DNA from: a virus
Taxonomy: Duplodnaviria > Caudoviricetes
DNA length: 56,790 nucleotides
Virus record (IMG/VR): IMGVR_UViG_3300046820_001502
Coordinates: 1 to 56,790 of that record
Reading direction: 5' to 3' (one strand)
Shown here one piece after another: positions 36,743 through 48,700 of this stretch. The notes beneath the pieces are model-generated. The model was not told where the DNA came from. It searched no databases and worked only from the letters and a program-made list of their open reading frames with translations. How positions within the stretch are numbered: position 1 is the first letter of the stretch; each line of letters opens with the position of its first letter. Position numbers and translations under genes: made by a program.

Positions 36743-39667
36743 ATGAAAAAGATTAAATTATTGTATTTAACACCTCATCTATCAACAGGTGGGATGCCAC
36801 AATTTGTTTTAAAACGAATTCAAGAACTCCAAAAATTTAAAGACAAGATTGAAATATTTTTAGTTGAGTATTCTCAATTCAGTTCAACTTACGTTGTTCA
36901 AAGAAATGAGATCATTAAATTATTAGGTGAAAACCATTTTTTTAGTTTAGGAGACACTACTGATGTAGATAGAAAATATCAACTAATGGATATTATTAAA
37001 AATAATGATATTGATATTATACATTCAGAGGAGATGATGGAAGGTTTTGAAAGTTTTAATAAAATCCCATTACCGTTATTAAATCAAATTTATTCTAATG
37101 ATAGAACTTGGAGAATTGTTGAGACTTGTCATAATATTTGGTTTAACCCACAAACACATAAAAAGTTTAATCCTGACGCATATTCGTTTGTAACACCATA
37201 CCATTTAGAAGAAACATTCTCTAATGAGAAACCGATGAAATTTTTATCACTATATCCGATTGAAGATAAAGTTTCTGAAATTTTAAAGGAGTGTGAGATT
37301 TATGGGGACTTTAATCAAGTACCTTTAATTAAAAAAATACAAATAAGAAATGAACTTGGTTTGGATATGTTTAAAACTCATGTTTTAAATGTTGGGTTAT
37401 GGACAAGTGGTAAAAATCAAGGTGAGGGTGTGAATGTTGCAAAAGAGTTAATCGAATCAAACCCTGATATTGAATTTCATTTTATTGGAAACCAAGCTCC
37501 GAACTTTGAGGATTATTGGGGACCGATCATGAATGACTTACCATCAAATGTAAAAGTTTGGGGTGAAAGAAATGATGTTGATAAGTTCATGCAAGCATGC
37601 GATGTATTGATGTTTAATTCAACTTGGGAATGTAATCCATTAGTTATCCGACAATCAATTGGATATGGAATGAAAATCCTATCAAGAAATCTACCACAAT
37701 ACATGGGTATGTTTGACGGATACATCACTCCGATTGAAGGGGATGTCAAAAATATATCAAAACAATTGGTCAGTCTTATTGAAAGTAATGGGGTTTACTC
37801 GATATTACCTGATGATAAATTTGGTGAAGATTTATTATCGATGTATAAAATTGTAATGAACGAGAATACCACAGAAAACAAACCACTAACCAAAGATTAT
37901 ACTTTTATTAAACATTATGTAACCCAACCTTATTTTGAGGTACAAGGGACTACTCAAAACAAATTAAACATTAAATATTTTGATGAAAACAATAATGTGG
38001 TTTATCAAAATGAATTACCTATCAATAGTTGGGTAAAACTAAATAAAGAATATTTTATTAAGTGGAGAACTACGGTTGAGGAAAACGGTCAAGTCATATA
38101 TGATGAAACCTTAAACTTAAAAGATAAAAGAGTTTATATTTCATTTGGATCTAAGTCTTTGGGTGATACGATGGCTTGGGTTCCTTATTGTGAAGAGTTT
38201 AGAAAAAAACACAACTGTAAACTAATCGTTTCTACATTCCTTAATGGGTTATTTAAAGATCAATATCCTGAAATAGAATTTATTGAGCCAGGTGAGGTTG
38301 TACCAAACATTCACGCACAATACAGATTAGGTTGGTATTACGACGATAAAGGTGAATTTGATAGAAACAAACACCCACACGACTTTAGAAAAATGCCGTT
38401 ACAAAAAACAGCATCTGATATTTTAGGATTAGAATATACTGAAATCAGACCAAAGTTAAAATTACCTAACACACCAAAAAAGAAAAAAGTTGGTATCGGT
38501 ATTCACTCAACAGCACAATCTAAGTATTGGAACAACTCAACAGGTTGGCAAGAAGTAGTTGATTATTTGAGATCATTTGGTTATGAGTGTATGATTTATT
38601 CCAAAGAAAATGATGGGTATATGGGTAACCATCACCCAAATGGTGTAACCAAATTTGTTGGTGGGACATTACAAGATGTAATTGATGATCTATCAACTTG
38701 TGAATTTTTTATTGGTTTAGGATCAGGTTTATCTTGGTTAGCTTGGGCATGTGAACTACCTGTTGTTTTAATTTCAGGGTTTAGTGAGAAATGGGCGGAA
38801 ACAAAATTAGACACATATAGAGTTATAAATGAAAATGTTTGTCACGGATGTTTTAATTCGGAAAGATTAGACGCTGGTGATTGGAATTGGTGTCCTTTAC
38901 ATAAAAACACAGATCGGATGTTTGAATGTACAAAACAAATAAATTCCGATATGGTTATAAATGAAATAAAAAAAATTATGAATAATACTAAAGAAGTTAC
39001 GCAAAGTAAGTTAGAAGGATTTGATTGGGGTGGAAAAGATAATTGGTATAGTGATGCCGCAATACAAGAAATTGAAAATGATAATATGTACGATAGATTT
39101 TTTACCGTTGAGGAAGGTGATATTGTTGTGGATTTAGGAGCGTCAATGGGCCCATTTACCTATTCTATTTTACCAAATAGCCCTAAACAATGTTATGTTG
39201 TTGAACCATTATCTTATCAAGTTGATGTGTTACATAAAAATGTTGGGGGAGATAATGTGAAAATTATTCGAGGAGCAATTACCGATAAAAAGAAAATTGA
39301 GATTACTTGGGATGGTATAACTGAAATTGCACCAACATTTACCTTTAAAGAGTTTTTGGATGAAAATAATATTGATAAAATTGATTTTTTAAAATGTGAT
39401 TGTGAAGGTGGTGAGTACGACGTATTCCAACCAAGTAATATTGAGTTTTTAAAAACCATACCAAAAATTGTGACTGAATTCCACATGAGAGTTGATGAGA
39501 ATTTTCATAACTGTAAGTTCAGATGGTTTAGAGATAATATACTACCACAATTTAATAACTACCAAGTTTTTTCTGTGGATGGTGTTGACATCAAATGGGA
39601 TTTATGGAATGACCACTTTTTAGAATACTATTGTGAAGTAATCATTTATATTGACAATAGAAAATAA
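36743..39667 (+). CDS. Trifunctional: GT4-like + TibC/Aah-like protein O-heptosyltransferase + FkbM methyltransferase
   Basis: PHLSTGGMPQ/KNQ/NSTWECNPL; SKSLGDTMAW/FIGLGSGLSWLAW/ISGFS/CHGC..WCP..FEC; VDLGASMGPF/FLKCDCEGGE. Confidence 0.8.
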   Translation: MKKIKLLYLTPHLSTGGMPQFVLKRIQELQKFKDKIEIFLVEYSQFSSTYVVQRNEIIKLLGENHFFSLGDTTDVDRKYQLMDIIKNNDIDIIHSEEMMEGFESFNKIPLPLLNQIYSNDRTWRIVETCHNIWFNPQTHKKFNPDAYSFVTPYHLEETFSNEKPMKFLSLYPIEDKVSEILKECEIYGDFNQVPLIKKIQIRNELGLDMFKTHVLNVGLWTSGKNQGEGVNVAKELIESNPDIEFHFIGNQAPNFEDYWGPIMNDLPSNVKVWGERNDVDKFMQACDVLMFNSTWECNPLVIRQSIGYGMKILSRNLPQYMGMFDGYITPIEGDVKNISKQLVSLIESNGVYSILPDDKFGEDLLSMYKIVMNENTTENKPLTKDYTFIKHYVTQPYFEVQGTTQNKLNIKYFDENNNVVYQNELPINSWVKLNKEYFIKWRTTVEENGQVIYDETLNLKDKRVYISFGSKSLGDTMAWVPYCEEFRKKHNCKLIVSTFLNGLFKDQYPEIEFIEPGEVVPNIHAQYRLGWYYDDKGEFDRNKHPHDFRKMPLQKTASDILGLEYTEIRPKLKLPNTPKKKKVGIGIHSTAQSKYWNNSTGWQEVVDYLRSFGYECMIYSKENDGYMGNHHPNGVTKFVGGTLQDVIDDLSTCEFFIGLGSGLSWLAWACELPVVLISGFSEKWAETKLDTYRVINENVCHGCFNSERLDAGDWNWCPLHKNTDRMFECTKQINSDMVINEIKKIMNNTKEVTQSKLEGFDWGGKDNWYSDAAIQEIENDNMYDRFFTVEEGDIVVDLGASMGPFTYSILPNSPKQCYVVEPLSYQVDVLHKNVGGDNVKIIRGAITDKKKIEITWDGITEIAPTFTFKEFLDENNIDKIDFLKCDCEGGEYDVFQPSNIEFLKTIPKIVTEFHMRVDENFHNCKFRWFRDNILPQFNNYQVFSVDGVDIKWDLWNDHFLEYYCEVIIYIDNRK

Positions 39668-39691
39668 TTTAAGATTTAAATAAGTTAAATT

Positions 39692-39725
39692 AAAAACCCC
39701 CATCTTTTCAGGTAGGGGTTTTTTT
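39692..39725. terminator. Probable bidirectional terminator between convergent genes
   Basis: AAAAACCCC...GGGGTTTTT inverted repeat with A/T tails on both sides. Confidence 0.65.
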
Positions 39726-42700
39726 ATGCTGGACAAGCGTGTGCCGCAATACAAGTCGTACAGTCACTATATTGTGCGGTTATTGTTCCTACTGATACGG
39801 TTGCGGGCCCAGTACTAGATGAAACAAAGTCAAAACATACACCAGTAAGAGGATCATAAAATCCACTGAATCCCATACCACCTTGAGCTAATACAACTTG
39901 GTTAGTGTTTAAACAACAGTTATAAACTTCGTAATAATTACAAGGGTTGGATTCTAAACACTTTTCACAAGTATCATAAGGAGTATCAGTGTAAAAATTA
40001 CTTGTTGGTGTATCTGTCGTTATTGACACACAAACATAACAGTTATCACTTATTACTTCAAGATAACTTAATCCAATTGTAAATACTCCATATGCGACTT
40101 GTGTTACGCCAGTTTCACAACAAGCCGAGAATAAATAATAGTCAGGACAGCCACCAACATCTAAACGACATTGTGTACAATCATCAAATTGTTTGGAGTT
40201 ATAAATTGGTACTGGCCAACTTACAGTACCCGTTAAGTCCCAAGAAGTAACTTCCCAACAAACACCATTTGTGTCTGTAAATATAGTCCCTGTTTGTGGG
40301 ACAAACGCTTGAGTTGCATATACCTCAACTTGTAAAGGGTTACAACAATTTCTTATTGTAACATAAACAACTTCAGGACAAGGATTTGCTGTTTTACAAG
40401 CTTCACATCCACCAAAATATTGGCTAGCTAAAGATATACTATAATTTGTTGGTAATTGATTTACTTGTGTATTAATTACCCAACAAAAACCATTTGTGTC
40501 TATCCAAATTTCTCCAATAGATACAGTTCCGGCTGGTATTGATATGATTTCTTGAGGTAAAACCTTACAACATGAATTAATAAACCAAAACTCAGGACAC
40601 TCATTTGTGGTAATACAGTCATCACAATTTGTGTATCCCGTTGTTCCAATTGTAATTGTTGGTGCTGTTACAGGTGCCCCGGTTCCAGATGTAACATTCC
40701 AACACAATCCATTATCATCAACAAAAGTATCACCAACTACTAAATCTAACGAACCTGTAACATATTCAAGTCCAGTAACACAACAACTATCAATTACCGC
40801 ATTATCAGGACAAGGGTTACTTGATATACAAGAAGAACAACTTGCGTAATTGGTCACTAATGTTCTAATACTATTTGGTGCTGCAAGTGTAGTACTTTCT
40901 ATTTCCCAACAGTTATCTTGAGCATCACTCCAAAATGTTCCTATCGTTAAACTACTACCAACAATAATTTCAGTTACAGTTGGTTCACAACAGTTTCTTA
41001 ACACATAAAATTCACCATCAGGAATTGTACAATCTTTTTCATAATTTAAGGTATATGTAAATCGTGGTTCTTGTGTAGGAGTATCAGCATCTTGAACAAT
41101 ATTAAAACCAACAACATAGAATATGTCACACGCATTATAATATTGTGTAAATGTATGTGAAACATCAAAACATAAATAGTTTGATGTCATATTGAAATAT
41201 GCTGGAGATATTACAGTTGTTAAAGGAATTAAATCTCCTAAATCATTACATTGATATAAATAAAGTGCCACAACAAAAGATGGTTGGTACGAAGATAGGT
41301 TAATCTTCCACCATACATTACCACAAAGTCTTATACTATCTCCAGCTCTAACATTAACTGGTGATGGAACACCTAAAAAGGCTGTATCACCTCTAAGGGG
41401 GTTCGCACTAAATCTTATAGGAACTCCTATATCCCAAGGACAACCATTCCAACCACATTCGGAACTACCCATCCAAAGAAAATTTGTGTTTGTGTCTGGC
41501 TGTGGGGTTAGTTTAAATTTACCCGAATTTGACGCTATTAATGTATTATCTATGTTACAACTTCCACCTCCACCAGTACAAGTTAATGTTACATTTACAG
41601 ATCCACTTGTTCCTGAGGTTGCGGTTATACAAGTTCCGATAAAATTAATACTTGTTGCACTTGATTGAACTAAATTTCCTTCGTCGAATATAGAAATTGC
41701 ACCTCCTCCGCCGCCACTTGTACCTGAAGATCCGTTTGTACCATTTGTTCCCGAAGTTCCAGGTGATCCTGTTGCCCCATTTGTTCCGTTTGTTCCTGAC
41801 GTACCATTTGTTCCGTTAGTTCCTGAAGTTCCCGGTGATCCTGTCGCCCCATTTGTTCCGTTTGTTCCTGACGTACCATTTGTTCCGTTAGTACCTGAAG
41901 TTCCCGGTGATCCTGTCGCCCCATTAGTTCCGTTTGTTCCCGAAGTCCCATTTGTTCCATTCGTACCTGAAGTTCCCGGTGATCCTGTCGCCCCATTAGT
42001 TCCGTTTGTTCCCGAAGTCCCATTTGTTCCATTCGTACCTGAAGTTCCCGGTGATCCTGTTGCCCCATTTGTACCATTAGTTCCTGAAGTACCATTTGTA
42101 CCATTAGTTCCTGAAGTTCCCGGTGATCCTGTAGCCCCATTTGTACCATTAGTTCCTGAAGTACCATTTGTACCATTAGTTCCTGAAGTACCAGGTGATC
42201 CTGTCGCCCCATTTGTTCCGTTTGTTCCTGACGTTCCATTTGTACCATTAGTTCCGTTTGTTCCATTAGTACCCGAAGTCCCATTAGTTCCATTCGTTCC
42301 TGAAGTCCCATTAGTCCCGTTAGTTCCATTTGTTCCTGACGTACCCCTTGTTCCTGACGTTCCATTAGTTCCGCTAGTACCATTTGTTCCATTTGTTCCT
42401 GATGTACCGTTCGTTCCTGAAGTTCCATTTGTTCCGTTAGTTCCATTGGTTCCCGAAGTTCCGTTTGTACCGTTGGTACCAGAAGTCCCATTTGTTCCAT
42501 TAGTTCCATTTGTTCCGCTAGTACCATTCGTACCGCTTGTCCCATTCGTACCATTCGTTCCTGATGTTCCATTTGTTCCGTTGGTCCCGTTAGTACCTGA
42601 CGTTCCATTTGTACCACTAGTACCATTAGTTCCGTTAGTTCCGCTAGTACCATTAGTACCGCTCGAACCATTTGTTCCATTTGTTCCTGAAGTACCATTT

Positions 42701-45700
42701 GTTCCATTAGTACCCGATGTTCCGTTGGTACCGCTAGTTCCGTTAGTTCCATTAGTCCCTGACGTACCGTTGGTTCCTGAAGTTCCATTAGTTCCATTTG
42801 TACCACTTGTTCCATTTGTACCATTAGTTCCTGAAGTTCCGTTTGTTCCATTTGTACCATTTGTCCCGTTGGTCCCTGAAGTCCCGTTAGTACCTGAAGT
42901 ACCATTCGTTCCTGACGTACCGTTTGTTCCATTAGTACCTGATGATCCGTTTGTACCGTTAGTACCTGAAGTTCCATTTGTCCCGCTAGTTCCGTTAGTA
43001 CCATTAGTTCCTGATGTACCATTAGTTCCGTTTGTCCCTGAAGTACCATTAGTGCCTGATGTTCCGTTTGTTCCATTTGTCCCGCTAGTTCCGTTTGTAC
43101 CATTGGTTCCGTTTGTTCCGCTAGTCCCGTTAGTACCGTTGGTACCACTTGAACCATTTGTTCCATTAGTTCCCGACGTACCGTTTGTACCTGAGGTTCC
43201 GTTAGTACCATTCGTACCGCTAGTGCCATTTGTTCCATTCGTACCGCTAGTTCCATTTGTACCATTAGTTCCCGAAGTTCCATTGGTACCTGATGTTCCG
43301 TTAGTCCCATTAGTACCACTAGTTCCATTCGTACCGTTTGTTCCGCTAGTACCGTTGGTTCCACTTGAACCATTTGTTCCATTCGTCCCTGAAGTGCCGT
43401 TTGTCCCATTTGTTCCATTTGTTCCCGAAGATCCGTTTGTTCCGTTAGTACCTGATGTTCCATTGGTTCCGTTAGTTCCATTCGTCCCTGATGTACCATT
43501 TGTTCCTGATGATCCGTTTGTACCGTTAGTACCTGATGTTCCATTAGTTCCCGAAGTCCCATTTGTACCGTTGGTACCACTTGAGCCATTAGTTCCGTTC
43601 GTTCCGCTCGTACCGTTTGTTCCTGACGTTCCATTTGTACCATTCGTTCCATTTGTACCATTTGTTCCTGAAGTTCCATTGGTTCCCGAAGTTCCGTTGG
43701 TTCCATTCGTACCTGAAGTTCCATTAGTACCATTTGTTCCGTTAGTTCCTGAAGTTCCGTTAGTTCCGCTCGTACCATTTGTTCCATTAGTTCCATTAGT
43801 ACCGTTGGTTCCTGAAGTCCCATTTGTTCCTGAAGTTCCGTTGGTTCCACTAGTACCATTTGTACCGCTCGTACCATTAGTACCCGATGTTCCATTAGTT
43901 CCGTTTGTTCCATTAGTTCCGTTTGTTCCCGATGTACCATTAGTACCACTTGTACCATTCGTTCCATTAGTTCCTGAAGTACCATTAGTTCCCGATGTCC
44001 CATTTGTCCCATTCGTACCTGATGTTCCATTTGTGCCGTTAGTTCCGTTTGTACCGCTAGTACCATTTGTACCATTTGTTCCTGAAGTTCCATTGGTTCC
44101 GTTAGTTCCTGAAGTTCCATTTGTACCTGACGTTCCATTGGTACCATTTGTTCCTGAAGTACCATTCGTACCTGATGTTCCATTAGTCCCATTAGTACCT
44201 GAAGTTCCGTTGGTACCATTTGTTCCTGAAGTACCATTTGTTCCGTTTGTACCTGAAGTACCGTTGGTTCCGTTAGTACCACTTGTACCATTCGTACCTG
44301 ATGTTCCGTTAGTTCCATTTGTACCGCTAGTACCATTAGTACCATTTGTTCCTGATGTGCCGTTAGTCCCAGAAGTTCCATTGGTTCCACTTGTTCCGTT
44401 AGTACCATTCGTTCCTGACGATCCATTGGTTCCATTGGTACCTGATGTTCCATTAGTCCCACTTGTTCCATTTGTACCATTTGTTCCTGAAGTACCATTA
44501 GTTCCGCTAGTTCCGTTTGTACCATTTGTTCCGCTAGTTCCATTTGTTCCGTTCGTACCGCTAGTACCATTTGTACCTGAAGTTCCGTTCGTACCATTTG
44601 TTCCTGATGTTCCATTCGTACCTGAAGTTCCATTTGTCCCATTCGTACCACTAGTACCATTAGTTCCATTTGTACCGTTAGTTCCGTTTGTTCCTGATGT
44701 CCCATTTGTTCCGTTGGTTCCTGATGTTCCATTAGTACCTGAAGTTCCATTTGTGCCGTTAGTTCCGTTTGTACCGCTAGTTCCATTGGTTCCGTTAGTT
44801 CCTGAAGTTCCATTTGTACCTGACGTTCCATTGGTACCATTTGTTCCTGAAGTACCATTCGTACCTGATGTTCCATTAGTCCCATTAGTACCTGAAGTTC
44901 CGTTGGTACCATTTGTTCCTGAAGTACCATTTGTTCCGTTTGTACCTGAAGTCCCGTTTGTCCCACTTGTTCCGTTGGTTCCATTCGTTCCATTAGTCCC
45001 ACTTGTTCCGTTGGTTCCATTCGTTCCGCTAGTTCCATTAGTCCCATTTGTTCCGTTAGTCCCATTCGTTCCGCTAGTTCCATTCGTTCCTGACGTTCCA
45101 TTCGTACCGTTGGTACCACTTGAACCATTTGTTCCGTTAGTACCCGAAGTTCCGTTTGTACCATTCGTCCCTGAAGTACCATTTGTTCCGCTTGTACCGT
45201 TAGTCCCATTAGTTCCACTAGTACCATTTGTTCCGTTTGTTCCACTAGTTCCGTTAGTACCTGAAGTACCGTTGGTTCCATTTGTACCGCTAGTACCGTT
45301 TGTTCCATTTGTTCCTGAGGTTCCATTCGTACCGCTAGTACCATTAGTACCATTTGTTCCCGAAGTACCATTTGTACCATTCGTACCTGAGGTTCCGTTT
45401 GTTCCGCTAGTTCCATTTGTTCCATTAGTACCGCTAGTCCCGTTAGTTCCATTTGTTCCTGAAGTTCCATTAGTACCCGAAGTACCATTCGTACCATTAG
45501 TTCCTGACGTACCATTAGTACCGTTGGTTCCATTCGTACCATTCGTACCATTTGTACCACTAGTCCCATTTGTTCCTGATGTTCCATTCGTACCACTAGT
45601 TCCGTTAGTTCCATTTGTACCTGAAGTACCATTAGTGCCGTTTGTACCAGATGTTCCATTCGTTCCGCTAGTACCATTTGTTCCGTTTGTCCCTGACGTT

Positions 45701-48700
45701 CCATTAGTTCCGTTCGTTCCATTCGTTCCGTTGGTTCCCGAAGTTCCATTGGTTCCATTTGTACCACTTGTACCGTTAGTACCATTAGTTCCGTTTGTTC
45801 CATTTGTACCACTTGTACCGTTAGTACCATTAGTTCCTGATGTTCCGTTAGTCCCATTAGTACCCGATGTACCATTTGTTCCGCTAGTTCCGTTGGTTCC
45901 ATTAGTACCATTCGTACCATTAGTTCCGCTAGTACCATTTGTACCGTTAGTTCCTGATGTTCCGTTTGTCCCTGAAGTACCGTTAGTACCGTTGGTTCCC
46001 GAAGTTCCATTCGTTCCGTTTGTACCTGAAGTTCCATTTGTACCATTTGTCCCCGATGTACCATTAGTACCTGAAGATCCGTTCGTACCATTCGTTCCGC
46101 TAGTTCCATTAGTACCATTCGTTCCACTAGTACCATTTGTTCCAGACGTACCATTTGTTCCATTAGTACCGCTAGTTCCGTTCGTACCATTTGTTCCATT
46201 AGTACCGTTAGTACCTGATGTTCCGTTTGTTCCATTCGTACCTGATGTTCCATTGGTTCCATTTGTTCCTGACGTACCGTTCGTACCGCTAGTACCGTTT
46301 GTTCCATTTGTTCCTGACGTTCCATTAGTTCCATTAGTTCCGTTAGTACCGTTTGTTCCCGATGTCCCATTCGTACCGCTAGTACCATTAGTTCCGTTAG
46401 TACCGTTTGTACCTGAGGTTCCGTTGGTTCCATTAGTTCCGTTGGTACCATTTGTTCCGCTAGTTCCATTCGTTCCTGACGTACCGTTTGTTCCTGATGT
46501 GCCGTTAGTTCCGTTAGTTCCGTTAGTACCGTTTGTTCCCGATGTTCCGTTAGTACCGTTTGTTCCCGATGTTCCGTTCGTTCCTGAAGTTCCATTTGTA
46601 CCGTTGGTACCGTTAGTTCCGCTTGAACCATTTGTTCCATTTGTTCCTGACGTACCGTTTGTTCCATTAGTACCGCTAGTACCATTTGTTCCCGATGTTC
46701 CATTAGTACCGTTGGTTCCTGATGATCCGTTTGTACCATTTGTCCCACTAGTGCCATTTGTGCCTGAAGTTCCATTCGTTCCATTGGTACCGTTAGTTCC
46801 TGATGTTCCGTTTGTTCCATTCGTACCTGAGGTTCCGTTGGTACCATTTGTTCCGTTTGTACCATTTGTACCCGATGTCCCATTGGTTCCGTTCGTTCCG
46901 CTAGTTCCATTGGTTCCGTTTGTTCCCGATGTTCCGTTGGTACCATTTGTTCCATTAGTTCCGTTCGTACCGCTAGTTCCGTTGGTACCATTTGTTCCAT
47001 TAGTACCATTTGTACCTGATGTACCATTCGTTCCACTAGTTCCATTCGTTCCGTTTGTACCATTCGTTCCATTTGTCCCGCTAGTTCCATTAGTACCTGA
47101 TGTTCCGTTTGTTCCATTAGTACCCGACGTCCCGTTTGTTCCAGAAGTACCATTAGTACCGTTGGTACCGCTTGAACCATTTGTTCCATTCGTTCCCGAA
47201 GTTCCATTAGTACCTGATGTACCATTGGTTCCATTAGTACCTGAAGTTCCGTTTGTCCCATTCGTACCTGATGTACCATTTGTTCCCGAAGTTCCATTCG
47301 TACCATTCGTACCTGAAGTTCCATTTGTACCTGAGGTTCCGTTTGTTCCGTTTGTGCCCGATGACCCATTAGTTCCATTCGTACCGTTGGTACCATTTGT
47401 ACCTGAAGTCCCATTAGTTCCTGACGATCCATTTGTCCCATTAGTACCCGATGTCCCATTAGTACCCGATGTTCCGTTAGTACCGTTGGTTCCATTTGTT
47501 CCGTTAGTTCCATTTGTTCCGCTAGTACCGTTGGTTCCGTTTGTTCCATTCGTTCCGCTAGTTCCATTTGTACCTGAGGTTCCATTCGTTCCGTTTGTTC
47601 CTGATGTTCCATTAGTACCGTTTGTTCCTGAAGTTCCATTGGTACCACTTGAACCATTTGTTCCATTAGTACCGTTAGTTCCATTCGTACCTGATGTTCC
47701 GTTAGTCCCTGATGTACCATTTGTTCCATTTGTCCCTGAAGTACCATTAGTCCCGTTTGTTCCATTTGTACCTGAGGTACCATCAGCCCCACTTGTTCTA
47801 TAATATGTATTTCCGCTTGTATCAACAACAACAAATCTTGTTGCTCCTGAATTAATTGTAATGCCTGTAATACTTAACGCATCCGTAGTTGTTCTACCCG
47901 AACCATCAAAAGATATCTTATGAACTCCCGCACCATTTTTAATTTCTAACACCGGATCAGCATCAGACGCACTACCTCTTTGTATTGTAACCGCACCTAA
48001 TGTTGAATTAGTTATAATCTCAGGTTCAGATGAGTTATTATATGCTTGTTGTAAATTTGTTGTTGGACTACCTCCCGCAGCACCTACCACATCACCAAAT
48101 TTTGATACATTAAAGAATAACGCTTTTGCAGTATCTGTTAAGACAGTTGTGTCTTTTCTAAGAGAAAGTATTCCTATTAAAATGGCATCATTATTGAAAT
48201 TAGAAAATTCAACAAATTGTTCAGTTTGGATTCCAGCAACCGCCGCAGCCAAACTTGAATATGTTTGTTGTCCATATTGAACTCTAAACACACCATTTTG
48301 AACCAAATAAATTCTTTGGTTAGTTGAAGTTCCCCCTCCACCAGGTATAGTGGTGATAACACCATTCAAATCGTATTTTGTTGGATCAATAAATGTAGTG
48401 TTTGATGCCGTACCCCCTGTTTGTGTTCTATATTGAAATGTACATGGAGAGGTACCTGAAACGTATATTGTATCAGGTTGTAAAGGATTAGCAGCAAAGT
48501 TAATACCCAAACCATACAAATATTGTGCACTTGTGTTAAACCTTAAATTCGCACCATTTGCTGATGGATAGATACCCCCATTTATTAAGTTAATAGGAGT
48601 GAACATGTCACGAAGTTGTGACAATGGTGATTGGATAAAGTCAGGTTGACTAAACGCATTTATAATAGTTGTTTTGTCAGCATGTCCTAATTTACCTAAG

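Noticed and set aside
41670-47834. 2054-aa minus-strand alternative-frame ORF (MEQ/MVL-rich) and similar ORFs at 49849-53385
   Set aside because: Shadow frames: in the +1 frame of Gly-Thr-Asn/Ser codons no codon starts with T, so stops cannot occur; no unique flanking domains
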